64,000 nucleotides of DNA from the human T2T-CHM13v2.0 reference genome, Homo sapiens. Made by a program: the position numbers and the translations under genes. The notes under the pieces are model-generated. The model had not been told where the DNA came from and did no database searches. It saw only the letters and a program-made list of their open reading frames with translations. Position 1 is the stretch's first letter. Every line of letters begins with the position of its first letter. Where the stretch lies: the NCBI RefSeq assembly GCF_009914755.1, contig NC_060928.1; one strand, 5' to 3'. Shown in pieces: positions 1 through 14,798 of the stretch.

Positions 1-114
1 ATGATCACAAGGTCCCATAACAGGCCGTCTGCAAGCTGAAGAGCAAGGAAGTCAGCCCAAGTTCCAAAGCTGAAGAACGTGGAGTCTGATGTTCGGAGGC
101 AGCAAGCATCCATC
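1..114 (-). mobile_element. MLT2A-type ERVL LTR fragment (cut by window edge)
   Basis: atgatcacaaggtccca...gtctgcaagctga...ggagtctgatgttcg matches the recalled MLT2A consensus. Confidence 0.75.
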
Positions 115-449
115 ATCTAGCCTTTGTATTATAGTTGCTTAATCACCACAGTCCCCAACTATGCTAACTGATCACTTCACACCCCCAATCTTTTCTCAAA
201 TGTGAAGGAATTTCTACCCTACTTAGCAAGCTACACTGTTTTCTATTTTGCTAAAAAAAAAAAAAAAGCAAACAGAAGGTAATTTCTACACGCTCTCAAA
301 AGTACATTTACATACCTACAAGCTGCTGAACTCTTTGGTTCTATTACTATGGGTAAAATCTCTGTATGCCTTTCACTTGAGCTCTAGATCCAAGCCAATA
401 TTGCTACTTACAGACATTGATCCAGCTTTGTTACCTTATTCTCCCTCTA

Positions 450-1495
450 TTTGATCGTTTCCATCAGGCCAAAATCTTGCTGAATTGTTTCCATTTTAAG
501 TAAAACCTTCTCGTGGCCTCACACGTACCTCCCACCCAGTTTCTAAAAGATATATATTCCAATTCCTTTTCTCCTCTTCTGTCTCCAACTATATCAATCA
601 GATTTTTGTCCACACGTCTCAAAATCTCAAACAAGAGAACTTTTTTTTTAAGAGCACTACCTGCCTGATGCCAAATATTTTGGTCAATAAGATTATTTAT
701 CTTATCTTAAATAATCAGCAGTATTTTGCATAGTGGATCACTCTCCCATTCTTGAAACACTTTTTTTTTTCATTTACCTCCGAGAGATTACTATCTCTTT
801 ATACTTTTTCCACTTCACTGGCAGTGTGGTACTTGCTTTTCAGTTTCTTTTCTGATTTCCTTTCATTTTCCTGAACAATAAATTTTGGAGTATCTCAGGG
901 ATTAGATTTTTTAATATTTATTTATTTCTAATATATCCTAACTTCTAGATAATTACACTGAAAAGCATTATTGAAAAACTGGTCTTGTAGCTCCAAATAT
1001 ATATCTTTTCCTGAACTTCAGACTTATAAACCCAAATGATGTCTAGTATAGATTACAATCTAATGTGCCCAAAAGACAATTGCTTATCCTCTCCAAAATC
1101 ATCGATCTGTTTACATCTCATCCTATACAGCAACTCTATTCTTTCATTTGCTTAGGTTGAAAACATTGGATCCATGATCCTTGACACCTCTTTTTTTCCT
1201 CACATCCATGTCAGATACATTAATAAACCTTGTTACTCAACTTTCAGATTGCTTTTAGAATAGCAAACTATCTCCTCACAGCCATTTCTGTTCAGGACAC
1301 CACTATTGTTCTTATCTATTTCAAATACTAACTGGTCTTATGGCTTTCCTGTTACATCACTCTAATATATTTCCAGATAAAGTAAAAGTCATTATTTTAA
1401 AATATGTCAGATTATATCATTTTATTTCAAAACTTTCTGAGGGCTTTGCATTTCATTCAGAATAAAAGCCAAGGTCCATTCAATAGCCTTGAAAA
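450..1495 (+). mobile_element. L2 LINE, degenerate (continues at about 2700-3040)
   Basis: Pyrimidine-rich L2-like blocks such as ctcccattcttgaaacact, cctgaacttcagact and atccttgacacctc; boundaries approximate. Confidence 0.65.
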
Positions 1496-1524
1496 ATGAA
1501 TAGAAATAAAAATCATAAATAAAA

Positions 1525-2670
1525 GCTAGTACCTCTTCTATTCAACACTGTGTTGGAAGTTCCAGCAAGAGCAATTAGGTAAAAAAGAAACAGAAGTTAT
1601 CTAAATCAGAAAGATAAAAGTAAAATTACCTCTGTTTGCCGATGACATAATCATATGTGGAAAACCCTAAATATTTTACAAAAAACTGTTAGAACTAATA
1701 AATTCAATCATGTTGCAGAATACAAAGTTAATACACAAAATTCAGTTGTGTTTCTATACGTCAATATGAACAATCCAAGAAGCAAATTAATAAAATCATT
1801 TCACTTATAATAAAAATAAATAATAGCCTTATAGACAAACTCAATTAAGGACAGGAAAGAAATACTTTTACACTAAAGACTACAAAACATTGCTGAAAAA
1901 AATGAACAGACACCAACAAATAGAAAGACTTCCCATGTTCATGGAATGGAAGACAATATTGCTAAGACATCTGTATTAGTCAGTGTCCTCCAGAGAAAAA
2001 GACACAATGAGTAGGTAGGTACATAGATGACAGATAGATAGACAGAGAGAGAGATATATAGATATATTTTAAGGAATTGACTCACATGATTATAGAGGTG
2101 AATGAGTCCCAACATTTGTAGTCTGCAATCTGGAGACACAAGAAGAGCCTAAGTTTCCATGTGAGTCTGAAGACAGAATAAAACCAATGTCCCAGGTTGA
2201 AGGCAGTGAGTTAGAAATTCCTTGTTACTCAGCCTTTTTGTTCACTTCAGGCCTTCAACTGATTGGATAGGAACAACTCACATTAGTGGGTGCAATCTGC
2301 TTTATTCAGTCTACTAACTCAAATGTTAATCTAATCCAGAAACACTCTCACAGACACAGCTAGAATAATGTTTCAACAAATATTTGGGCACTCCATAGCA
2401 CAGTCACATTGACATATAAAATTAACCACTTCAATGTCAACAGTACCCAAGTGATCTACATATTCAGTGCAATTCCTATCAAAATCCCAACACATTTTTT
2501 TTTTTTTTTTGCCGAAATAGAAAAAGCCATCAGTTTGGGATGATGAAAAAGTTCTGAATATGGACAGTGGTGATGGTTGCACAACAATGGAAACGTATTA
2601 AATGCACTGAGCTGTACACTTAAAAATGGCTTAAATGGTAACTTGTGTATATTTTCTCATGATAAAAAAA
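1525..2670 (+). mobile_element. L1MB-type LINE-1: ORF2 RT remnant plus 3' end, internally deleted, split by MLT2
   Basis: RT FADD codons tttgccgatgac at 1635-1646; L1MB 3' tail gatgaaaaagttctg...gtacacttaaaaatgg at 2540-2670. Confidence 0.85.
1972..2433 (-). mobile_element. MLT2 (ERVL) solo LTR
   Basis: tgtattagtcag...aaaattaaccacttca termini; flanks acatc/atgtc are a diverged 5-bp TSD. Confidence 0.85.
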
Positions 2671-2699
2671 TTCTAAACAATATGCACTTCTCTGATTTT

Positions 2700-3042
2700 A
2701 CAGAAAAAACTCTAAACCTTTACCATTATATTCAGTGCTCTTTCTTCTACATACCAGATATCTTTCCATCTCAGAATATTTGTACTTGATGTGCCCTCTA
2801 ACTAGAATCTTACCCTATTATTCTCTCTTCTACTTACCACTTTTTAATTCTCTATAGTTTTTAATATCATTGGAAAAAGAATTTATGTATTTGTTAATTT
2901 ATCTACTTCTACTTTGTTTGTAAATATGTAAGCTCAGCAAGAGTAGGCAATTTATCTGTTTTATTCACTGATTTATCTTTTGGTTCCTAGAAGAGTATTT
3001 GGTACAGAGTAGGTACTTAATAATATTAGTTGAATGGATAAT
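2700..3042 (+). mobile_element. L2 3' end
   Basis: tgtaagctc...ggtacagagtaggtacttaataatattagttgaatgga, a typical L2 tail. Confidence 0.75.
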
Positions 3043-3765
3043 GGAAAAGTTAAGAAATGAACGTTTTTACTACATATGATTTGCTGTCTTGCCATGCCCT
3101 TTAAGGTACATCATTATGAATATTTTTTTTGCCTCGCTTTCTGAAGACTGACTAACTATACTTCTTTCATAAAGTAAGAACTGTCATTACTTAAATCCTA
3201 GAAAATGGCAAAATACTTTGCCTTTCTTATTCTTTTATGTTCCTTTATTTTTCTTTGCATTGCTGCATTAACTTCTTTTGCTAATTTAACAGTTATGTTT
3301 ACTCTCAATATGTTTATTTAATTCAGCTGCCTAATGTCACTCTTTATCTGAAAAAAAAAAGAAAAGAAGACCAATATGCAGGGCCAGCACTAAGAAGTAA
3401 CAGACAGAGCACAAATAATGTATAATGACATTTCATACAGTTTTTTTTCTGGGGTAGTGGAAAAATCTTTGCCAAGAAATCAATATTTAGAATCTGTTTA
3501 GATCATTATATTTGAGTGACTGCTACCTGCAAATGCACAGAACAATAGGCTTACCAGATATAGTAATGAAAAGAAAGGAGAGGTTTTTTTTACTGGCATT
3601 ATTCCATGATAAAATTCAGTAGCATGACAGATCAGTAGATAGAATAAATGCTCTGTCAAGCCTTAACCCACTGTCCAAGTAATACACAAACATATCTGTT
3701 CCAACTAAAGCAACTGAAGCTGTAGGAATGTTTCTAGTGTGTGTCTGCTTTGTTTTCTAAATTAC

Positions 3766-3841
3766 CTATCAATCAGAAGCCACTGTGCTTGGATACAGGT
3801 GATGTAGGCAGTACCATTTTGTGTCTTTACATCTTTTACTC
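3766..3841 (-). other. Candidate spliced exon, 76 nt (unverified)
   Basis: Minus strand ttcattttgccAG|gagtaaaag...gattgatag|GTaatt in non-repeat sequence. Confidence 0.25.
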
Positions 3842-4776
3842 CTGGCAAAATGAAATAATTTCTTGATGAATGTATTAGTTTTTGTCTTTTAATAAATATG
3901 CTGTAAGTGTTGGATAAAACAAAAATAAATGCTGAAGTATGAAATGAATAAACCCTATGAAATGAATAAACCCTAGAAAATTTCCAAAAGAATTGGTCCT
4001 TAACAAGCATGGAGACAAATATAGGGAAGAAACGATTAACTTGAGTAGTTATATTATCTCATGATCTTGTAGTGTGACTTTCAGTGACTATTCTTCATGA
4101 AGAAGAAATGGGGAAAAATTGTGAGGTTGAAGACAGGGCATTGCACAATAAGAGTGCTCAACAATTTGGATTGAAACATTGAATTGCCAAACTGGCAAAA
4201 ATAATCATGTTGTAATATCAGGCAGAGACTATTATTCCTATTCATTTGTCTTTGCTTCTTGTGTATGGTTCTGAACTAACAACTGAACTGCAATAGCTCT
4301 TTCTCTCTTTAATGATTATACCTCCAGAATCACTTATTTGCACAAAATGTTTAATGAAAGCCTAACATATAACGGGTTCTGTATTGGGAACCACTCATTC
4401 AAGGATAAATAGTATAACCCCATTTTTGATCACTCTGATATAATGTAGGACACAATTACATACAAACAAAAAATTATAGCAGAGACTTAAATACCAACCG
4501 AATCATGATGTGCTGAGGTACTATATTCCTTGCATCACAAATGGTCCCACTAATATAAACATCAGAGGGCATTTGATTGATATTTATATTGAAAATAATG
4601 CATTTATTTCTTACACATCTAAAATAAAAACTTTCTGTATCAGAAAACTTCCTTCTCTGCTATTCTATGTTAACTGATGGGTAGCTGTTTAATTAATTTT
4701 GTTCCAGAAGAACTGTGATTGAGTCCGTCTTGCATTTAAAATATAAAAGTTACTGCTGTATACATAGTAAAGAGAG

Positions 4777-5134
4777 TATATTAGTCTGTTTTCAGGCTGC
4801 TAATAAAGACATACCCAAGACTGGGCAATTTACAAAAGAAAGAAGATTATTGGACTTAAAGTTCCACATGGCTGGGGAGGCCTCACAATCATGGCAGAAG
4901 GCAAAGAGGAGCAAGTCACATCTTACGGGGATGGTGTCGGGCAAAGAGAGAGATAGCTTGTGCAGGGAAACACACCCTTATAGAACCATCAGATCTCGTG
5001 AGACTTATTCACTATTACGAGAACAGCATGGGAAAGACTTGCCCCCATGATTCAATTACCTTCCACCAGGTTCCTCCCACAACAGGTGCAAATTCAAAAT
5101 GAGATTTGGGTGGGGACACATCCAAACAACATCA
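4777..5134 (-). mobile_element. THE1B-type MaLR solo LTR
   Basis: tatattagtctgttttcaggctgc...gagatttgggtggggacaca...atca; TSD gagag/gagaa. Confidence 0.92.
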
Positions 5135-5216
5135 GAGAACTTCCTTTCATGTAACTTGACAAAAATATTAGGTAGAAAATATTAGGAAAAATAATTTTCT
5201 ACTTTAAGAGTAAATA

Positions 5217-6601
<1,385 letters not shown>

Positions 6602-6787
6602 TATTTATCATATAGAGAGAATCTTGTATTGTGGGTTTAAGTTTTGTTATCCTACTAAATATATGTTGTAAAGCAATTTCTTTAAATGGTTTGGGCTTCC
6701 ATTTTCTTATTTGAAAAAAAGAATAATAATACCTCTGCAGGGTCTCTAGATTTCTCAGATGAGACAAATTTGAAACTCTTTGGAAAT

Positions 6788-6790
<3 letters not shown>

Positions 6791-6823
<33 letters not shown>
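6791..6823. repeat. (TC)n microsatellite in Alu tail
   Basis: Directly visible. Confidence 0.95.
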
Positions 6824-6826
<3 letters not shown>

Positions 6827-7112
6827 CTTTCTTGAGAGGGTCTTATTCTGTCTTCAAATCTGGACTGCAGAGGCACAATCATAGCTCAATGTAGCCTTGA
6901 CCTCCTGGGCTCAAGTGATCCTCCCAGCTCAGCCTCCCAAGCAACTGGGACTACAGGTGTGCACCACCACACCGGCTAATTGTTTTATTTCTAGTAGAGA
7001 TGAGGTCTCACTATGTTGTGCAGGCTGGTCTTGAACTCCTGGGCTCAGGTGATCCTTGAGCCCAGGCCTCCCAAAGTGTTGGGATTAAAGGTGTGAGCCA
7101 CTATGCCTGGCC
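6824..7112 (-). mobile_element. AluJ
   Basis: J diagnostics (agccttgacctcctgggctcaagtgatcctccc); TSD-like tttggaaatt/tttagaaatt. Confidence 0.92.
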
Positions 7113-8643
7113 TTTAGAAATTGATAAAAGTGAAATATTGCCTTTGAATTTGGGAGAGTTCCATTTGTGTCATGGCTGGCTTATCCTGAGTAAGTCACTT
7201 TATCTCTAAGGATTTATAAAATGAAAAAGTTGGTCCATAAATACTAAGATTACTTTGAAAAATTATTAACCTATGAATCTGAGATAAAATCACTACAAAA
7301 TACAAGTTATGATAACAAAGGACTGTATTTTCTGTATTATCAATAACTGTTTTAGTTTTAAAGTAAGCACTTTGCAGTGTGGTATGCTCCTGCAAAGGGT
7401 AATAAAATGGATCTGTTGGTGGTTAAATGACTCTTTCCAGTTTTTATTTGTATGGTGCCTCAGAAACTCCAGTCTTCAGTAACTCAAACCATCATGTCTC
7501 CAGTTTCAAAAAATATATTAGCAATTTCTCCAAAGAACCGCAACTAGCTTTTCCCTCTCACCTAATAGTAATCTGTGAATTTTTAAAATATGTAGGATAT
7601 GTGAAGAACAGAATGGAATTAAAATTTAGTGGGTGTTTTTTTATTGAATTAAATTTAGTGTTTTTTTCTTGAAAGTCTCATCTCCAGAAGGCAGTGCTTC
7701 CAGGAATGGTTGCACACTGTCAGCTCATTTGTGTTGTCAGTGCTGCCACCTCGTTCCCAGAAGAGCATCTGTGGATTTGGGGAGAAAATGCAATACTTCT
7801 GGGAATAGTGCCCAGAACATGCAAGCTTCTGTATCATTTTAGAAAGTCAGAGAGGAGAGAATAAAATATTCACTTGCTTCAATGTTTTATGTACAGTCAT
7901 CAGTTCTGGTACTAACAGCTGCAATATCCATATATTCTTATTTGTGTATTTTTTTTTTTACAGAGTCTTTCTGCAATGTAACTTTGAGCTTTTCTGTAGT
8001 TCCTTCTCTTGCAATCCTACCCCCCCGATCCCCATCATTTTCTTATTCTCAAGGGGATAACGCGAGCATTAACAACAACCAAAGGCACTGTTGACATACC
8101 AAGTGATAAGGATAGATGAAGTGAAAATATTATATTCTCTCAGCTCAAAAAGAGTACCTCTAATTATTACCATAATTTTATAGGTAATTTGTGAAATTAC
8201 CTATATGAAATCTTAATTTTATGAAAGCTTAATCTGGTAGGTATGTAGTAATTATTCTAGTATTTGGGTATTTGCTTCCATGCACATTAGAAAAATATAA
8301 CCAACACACTAAACATAGAATATTGCTTGGTTTTGCTGGTTTAGGATGATGCTCCAGTAAGCAGTGGCATAGTAATCTGCCTTAGGATGATCAAGTGAAT
8401 TACAGATGTGGCGCTCAGAAAACCAATGAAGGGGTTGAACCGACAAAACTGAAAGTGTTATCATCGTAGTTTATAAGTATAGATAGTAGGATCATATAAA
8501 CTGGAGGCATGGGATTTCATATACTTAACTGACATGTATTTTATCTTAGTTTTTTCTTCAGAGTATTGGAACTCCACTTCAGGAAGTTAATATTAAGCCT
8601 GCTAAATATGTATAAACAAAATAAGTATGTGTGCTGTTTTCAA

Positions 8644-8644
<1 letters not shown>

Positions 8645-8685
<41 letters not shown>

Positions 8686-8686
8686 C
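8645..8686. repeat. (CA)n microsatellite
   Basis: Directly visible. Confidence 0.97.
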
Positions 8687-8687
8687 C

Positions 8688-9039
8688 CCTTAGTTCATCT
8701 GGGCTGTTATAAGAACATACCATAAACTGGGTTGCTTATAAACAACTAAAATTTATTTCAAACAGTTCTGGAGGCTGGGAAGTCCAAGATCAAGGCGCTG
8801 ACATATTCAGTGTCTGGTAAGAATTGTTTTCTGTTTCATAAGAGGCATCTTCTCTATGCATCCTCACAGGGCAGAAGAGGCTTGAGGACTCTTTTATAAG
8901 GGCACAAATTTCATTGATGAGGTCTCAGCCCTCATGAGCCAATCATCTCCTAAAGTCTGCATCTCCTAATACTATTGCATTGGGAACTGGGTTTTGACAT
9001 ATAAATTTTGGAGGGGACACAAACATTCAGACTATAGCA
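8688..9039 (-). mobile_element. MLT1A/MLT1A0 MaLR LTR
   Basis: cagttctggaggctgggaagtccaagatcaagg...ggggacacaaacattcagactatagca. Confidence 0.88.
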
Positions 9040-9052
9040 ATACACGCACATC

Positions 9053-9149
9053 ATATATATTAATATAATTAAAATATATTTTATATCTAATTAATATATA
9101 TTAATATAATATATAATAATAATTAATATATAATTAATATATTAATATA
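9053..9149. repeat. AT-only low-complexity tract
   Basis: About 97 bp of almost only A/T with internal palindromes. Confidence 0.9.
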
Positions 9150-9192
9150 CTATGCATGTATGTACACATTCATATACACAGATACATATATA

Positions 9193-9344
9193 TAGATGGT
9201 GCTGACTTAATGGTGGTTTGACTTACAGTTTTTTAACTTTACAATGGGTTTGTTGGGGTACTAAAAGCATTTTCAACTTACAATATTTTTGACTTATGAT
9301 AAGTTTGTCAAGACATAATCCCATTGTAAGTCAAGGAGTATCTG
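9193..9344. mobile_element. MER47/Tigger5-family MITE
   Basis: TIRs tagatggtgctgactta / taagtcaaggagtatctg, TA flanks, repeated gacttac motif. Confidence 0.75.
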
Positions 9345-10236
9345 TATAACAAAACTTATAATAAAACATGTATGTAACAAATACACATAAGTTTTTATCT
9401 TTTTGTGTTAATTTGTTCTTTATTGAACCTGTTTTGGATAATATTTTTTTTTAAAACAGGACTGTTAATGCATACAAGTGGAAGTTACTTAAATATATCA
9501 TGAGTGCTAAAAAACTTCAATGGAATTAACATATTCAGAATAATATCAGACATATAGTATACATATTAAATTGTAGCTGCTACTCCTACTACTATTAGCA
9601 TTGTCAGGTTTGATTGTGATTAAATCTTTATGTCTTCAAAGAGACACGTTAATTGATAATCTTAGTTTTCTGTTAATATTGTAAAAGTATCAGCTGCAAA
9701 GCAAATATTCAAAATATTATGAAAAAGCATTTGAAATCAAAATTTTCATGAAGTCATAAACAAAAGCAAACTAATTCCTTTAGGTTTAGACATGCTTCTA
9801 CATTCTGAAATGACCCACACTCACAGACACACAATTTGATATTATAGTGTCTGACCTCAAAGACTGTTGTAAAACTTCCAAAGAAGAAAAGAAAAAGAAA
9901 ATGATATCCCAGAATTTTAGAAATTTTTTAGCATTCCAATTCAATAAAAATATAAGAATATTTATTTATTATATTTTATTAACTTGTGAAGCTTATAGTT
10001 TCTGGAGTCATAGTAAATAAACACTAAATATGCTGCGAAGACGTTTTAAATAATAAATTGGGTCAATACAAGCAAAGGAACTGGTAAGGTGCTTCTGTCA
10101 AAAGAAATAGTGTACTATAAAATTACAAATATAGCCCCAAACTGAAGGCAGTAAATATTTTCATGACTATAGTAAAATGTATTCTATTCACTGTCAGTTA
10201 ATCCTCTGATGTTCTCTTAGTATTAAGTGTGTGTTA

Positions 10237-10634
<398 letters not shown>

Positions 10635-13254
10635 AAAACCTACTGATAAGTTCATGACATAATCTGGAAGTGACTTATTGGGATAAGCATGAAAGGCACT
10701 ACATTCACAGTTGATGCACAATGAGGGCTTGTTCCACATAGTCAAACCGTATCACAGGAAGTAATGTCCTGGTATCCTACACCCACCATCCTCTACCCCA
10801 CACCACCCAGACATGCAAGAAAAGCGTACTTAAAGTTGTAAAAATATATCAATCATAGTAAAGAGAGGCCATTGAACTCTTGAAATATTTTCTAATATTT
10901 ATCTAGAAATGGGAAATTACGAGAAACATAGTTTTGTAGTGAAATCTATTTTTTTTAAATGCTGCAAAATCCATCCTTTTCTATTTGAGGCAAAATAACA
11001 ACTTTCGTTTTCTGGCTAAAACCTTTAATACGTTGTGATGTATGCATCACTAGGGACTGCCTTTTATATCAGGATATTTTTCAGAGCTGTCAGCACAATT
11101 GGACAACCTTACAAAATTCATTTGTATCAGTTTTCCAAGTGAAAGAGTAAATTAATTAATGACAAAATTGGAGCATCAGTCATCAAGCCATGATCATGGC
11201 ATGTTAGATTATTTTACGTGTCAGAATGACTTAGTTATTAACTTATTTAAAAATAGTTGTTGAAAAGTATTTTGACCATTATAAAGACATCATTGAAGGA
11301 TAACAAAAGTAAGTGGCCTTCACACATAATTTCCCGGATGAACACCACTTCTGTATTGCTGAGACATGCTCTTGTTCCCTGGTATTTCACACATTACCAG
11401 ATTACTTGACACATTCAGAAGAACAAAATTTAGAGAACACCTCAGATTTTTTTTAAAGGAAATTTTCTTATGCAAAGTCATTTATCTTATTTTCACTAAT
11501 AATGAATTATCTATACCATAAATTAATACAAAAGAACTCGGTGCTTCCAATTTCCAAATATGTACATTTTCAGTTGAGATTATCATTAATAGGCTAATAT
11601 TAAAAGCAATGGAATTGTTCTACTATATTAAGCTTCATATTAATGTTAATTAAGTTTCAAAGATTCAAAATCTATTATTTGGTGATAATAAACATGTTAT
11701 TCTGTTTGAAAAATTAATTATTAGGCATGCAATTATTACATTGATTAAATTAATGGCTAATTTTTTTGGTTGATTTAAAAATTTTTTAATATTAAATAAT
11801 ATTCTGACATAATGGTATTAATTATTACAATGATCATAAAAATGTTCTTTTTAAATCATTTATTAATCACAAAAAGAAAAGCAATATAAAAATAAATAGT
11901 AAAGCTGGTAAACAAATAAGGCACAAAAACATAAGCATAATATGTAAATGACTTACTTTTGAGAACTACTACATTAAATTTAAACATCTTAATGAGAGAT
12001 AGAAGGATATATCTTTCTTAACTTTTAATCAGTTTAAATATATGATTTAGCATCCATGATAAAAGAAATTCTAGTATAGCATCAAGTAGCTAAAGTAGTT
12101 GGATAACTAAGTTTATATACAGTTTCACTAAAATGTTTGTCATTGGACAGACAGAATCTTGTTAAAAAAACGATTTTGGCATAATATTGTAAAGCATATA
12201 AATCTTTGATTCTCATTTGTTAATTAGTCTTTATTATAGTTTAAAAATCTGCAAAGAAGTCAACAGTACTTCAGTTAATGTTATGTATCTATTGCTATTG
12301 GTGATAAAAACGTAACTAATACTTTGTTTCAAAACAAATTATACGTATTATTCTGGTGGCATTTGGGAGATATAGTTTTCTATGCTCTGGAAACAAATGT
12401 CTTGATTTAGAAACCTAAAAAAATTTCCTTAGAAATGTAGAAATATTTCCAGTTCTTGGGAACAACTGTTCCAAGTATTTGAGACTAAGACAAGTGACTG
12501 TTGCCACATTTGGTTATTAGACAGATTTTATTAATAAACCTACACGCCCAACCTACACATCACATTTGGTATCAAATGTCAGGACAGGCTGTGACAATAG
12601 AGGGACACTTGGGAGAATAGCCACTTTTTGGAACTACAAACCATGATTTGGTACTCCAAGAAAAACGCAACTGCTGAGTAAATCAACTACTTCCCTTAGG
12701 AAGAAACTCCTACCCAGAGAGGCACAAGTTAAACTGCATGTGAAGAAATGTACTATCAATGTTTGAAAGAAAGGAAGTACCTATAGAACAGCTAGTCAAT
12801 CTCTACTTGTGATGGAATCTAGATTTATCTGATTGTTGACTATGGGAAAGTAAATAGTGACCCCAGGCATTCAGGATCATTTCACCTCTTTTCTCCTAAA
12901 TAGAATCTCAGGCCATAGCTCATACCTCAAACATTTGTCCCAAGAATGGATTGTTGACTTTGCAGACTTTACTAGAGGGCTCTGATATTTAAGAGGCTTG
13001 CCTTATAAGGACAAAGAGAGAGAGAGATGATTTTGGGTTTTTAGCTTACATTATTCAGACATCCAAGTATTTATATGCCCCAAAATGTCATGACACATTT
13101 ATTTCTTTTTATTGATACTATAATCCCAAGACAATTAAAAGTTTCACCAAATTCATTGCTTAGATACCAGTGATTTAACAGTATCTTCTATAATTTCTTT
13201 TGGTGATATTTGTTTGTATATGACTCAGAGTATAAATGTCCACAATTTTGAAAT

Positions 13255-13410
13255 ATTTGAGCCAAAAGGGGCCTCACGAATCTTTTAATTTAACTTGTTT
13301 ATTTTATAATGGTGAACTTTAAGAGCTTTTTAAAACATATTGCAGTAATTAGTATTATAGCTAGCTCTAAAACCTACATCTTCCAATTCCCAAACCAATG
13401 TTTACATTCC
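13255..13410 (-). mobile_element. MIR fragment
   Basis: Degenerate MIR core and flanks. Confidence 0.45.
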
Positions 13411-13907
13411 CAAAGGGTTTTTTATACCGCTGAATTTTTTTTTTATTTATATTAGTAATTTGGCCACATATTTTGTTATGTAACCAGTTAGAAGTAATAG
13501 TATTATGTAGAAATCACTTCACTAAGGGTTTTGAACATCATCAAAAGAGGTACTTAAAATGCTTGGTGGTTGAAAAGATACAGATTTCTGTGTGTGCATT
13601 TATAAAGCTACCTACCAATATTCAGGTGTATGTGATGTATCAGAAACAGGAATAAGTGATTGACATATGATGAGTTTAAAGAGTAGTTGATAGAAGTGAC
13701 ATGAAAGTAAAGAGACAGAGCATGTGTGAGTATTCCCTATGTGCCAGAAATTGTATATCCACTAGATCATGTTTTATGAGGTCAACACTGCTAATAAAAA
13801 AAGCTACCATATTTTGGATTGGATATTATATATTAGTCATTTTACGAATAAGATCATTCAATTTCCATAAAAAACATTTTTGTTTCTTTTTTCCAGATAC
13901 AAAATTG

Positions 13908-14794
13908 TGTCAACAAAAAGAATCAAACTCTGTAAAATATTTGAAGAGATTTATTTCGAGCCAAATATGAGTGACCATGGCCCAAGGCACAGTCTCAAGA
14001 AGCCCTTAGAATATGTGCCCAAGGTGGTCAGGCTGCAGCATGGTTTTACACACTTTAGGGAGACATAAGACATCAATCAATACATGTAAGTTATATATCA
14101 GGTTGGGAGTGGGGTGGCAGTTTGGGGAGGTTTCTAGGTTATAGGTGGATTCAAAGATTTTCTGATTGGCAATTGGTTGAAAGAGAACAATTATCACTTA
14201 AAGACCTGGAATCAATGAAAGGGAGCGTCTGGGTTAAGACAAGGAGTTGTGGAGACCAAGGTTCTTTTTATACAGATAAAGCATCCAGGTGGCAGGCCTC
14301 AGAGAGAATAGATTATAAATGTTTCTTTTTAGACTTATAAAGGTGTCAGACTCTTAGTTAATTCTCCTCCTGGATCACAGAAAAGACCTGGAAGAGGAAA
14401 AGGATTCTGTGCAGAATGTACATTTTCCCTGCAAAAGACAGTTTTGCAATACCATTTCAAAATATGTCAAATAAATATACTTTGAGATAAAATATTTCCA
14501 TGTTTTTTAGGGCCTGCTATCTGTCATGCTGATATTTTTTTGATACAAAGACACCACTGTCAGTTTTAAGGTCTCTGTTTTAATGTTAATGCTGGTCGGT
14601 TGTGCCTGCATTCCAAAGGGAGGAGGTTATAATGAGGCATGTTGGTGGGGAGGTGCGGGGGGCTGCGGGGGCAAGGGGACACCTATTCCCACAGGGCCTG
14701 AACTAGCTTTTCAGGTTATCTTTGAAATGCCCTTGGCAAAAGAGGGGTCCATTCAGTAGGTTTATGGGCTTAGAATTTTATTTTTTGGTTTATC
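13908..14794 (-). mobile_element. MER4-family ERV1 solo LTR
   Basis: tgtcaacaaaaagaatcaaactctgtaaaatatttgaagagatttatt...ttagaattttattttttggttta; 4-bp TSD attg (13904-13907, 14795-14798). Confidence 0.88.
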
Positions 14795-14798
14795 ATTG

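Noticed and set aside
7964-8183. Plus-strand exon candidate (tttttttttacAG ... ag|GTaatt); similar acceptors near 39550, 50443 and 61500
   Set aside because: Signals of this quality occur on both strands by chance; no supporting frame. This also limits confidence in the minus-strand candidates
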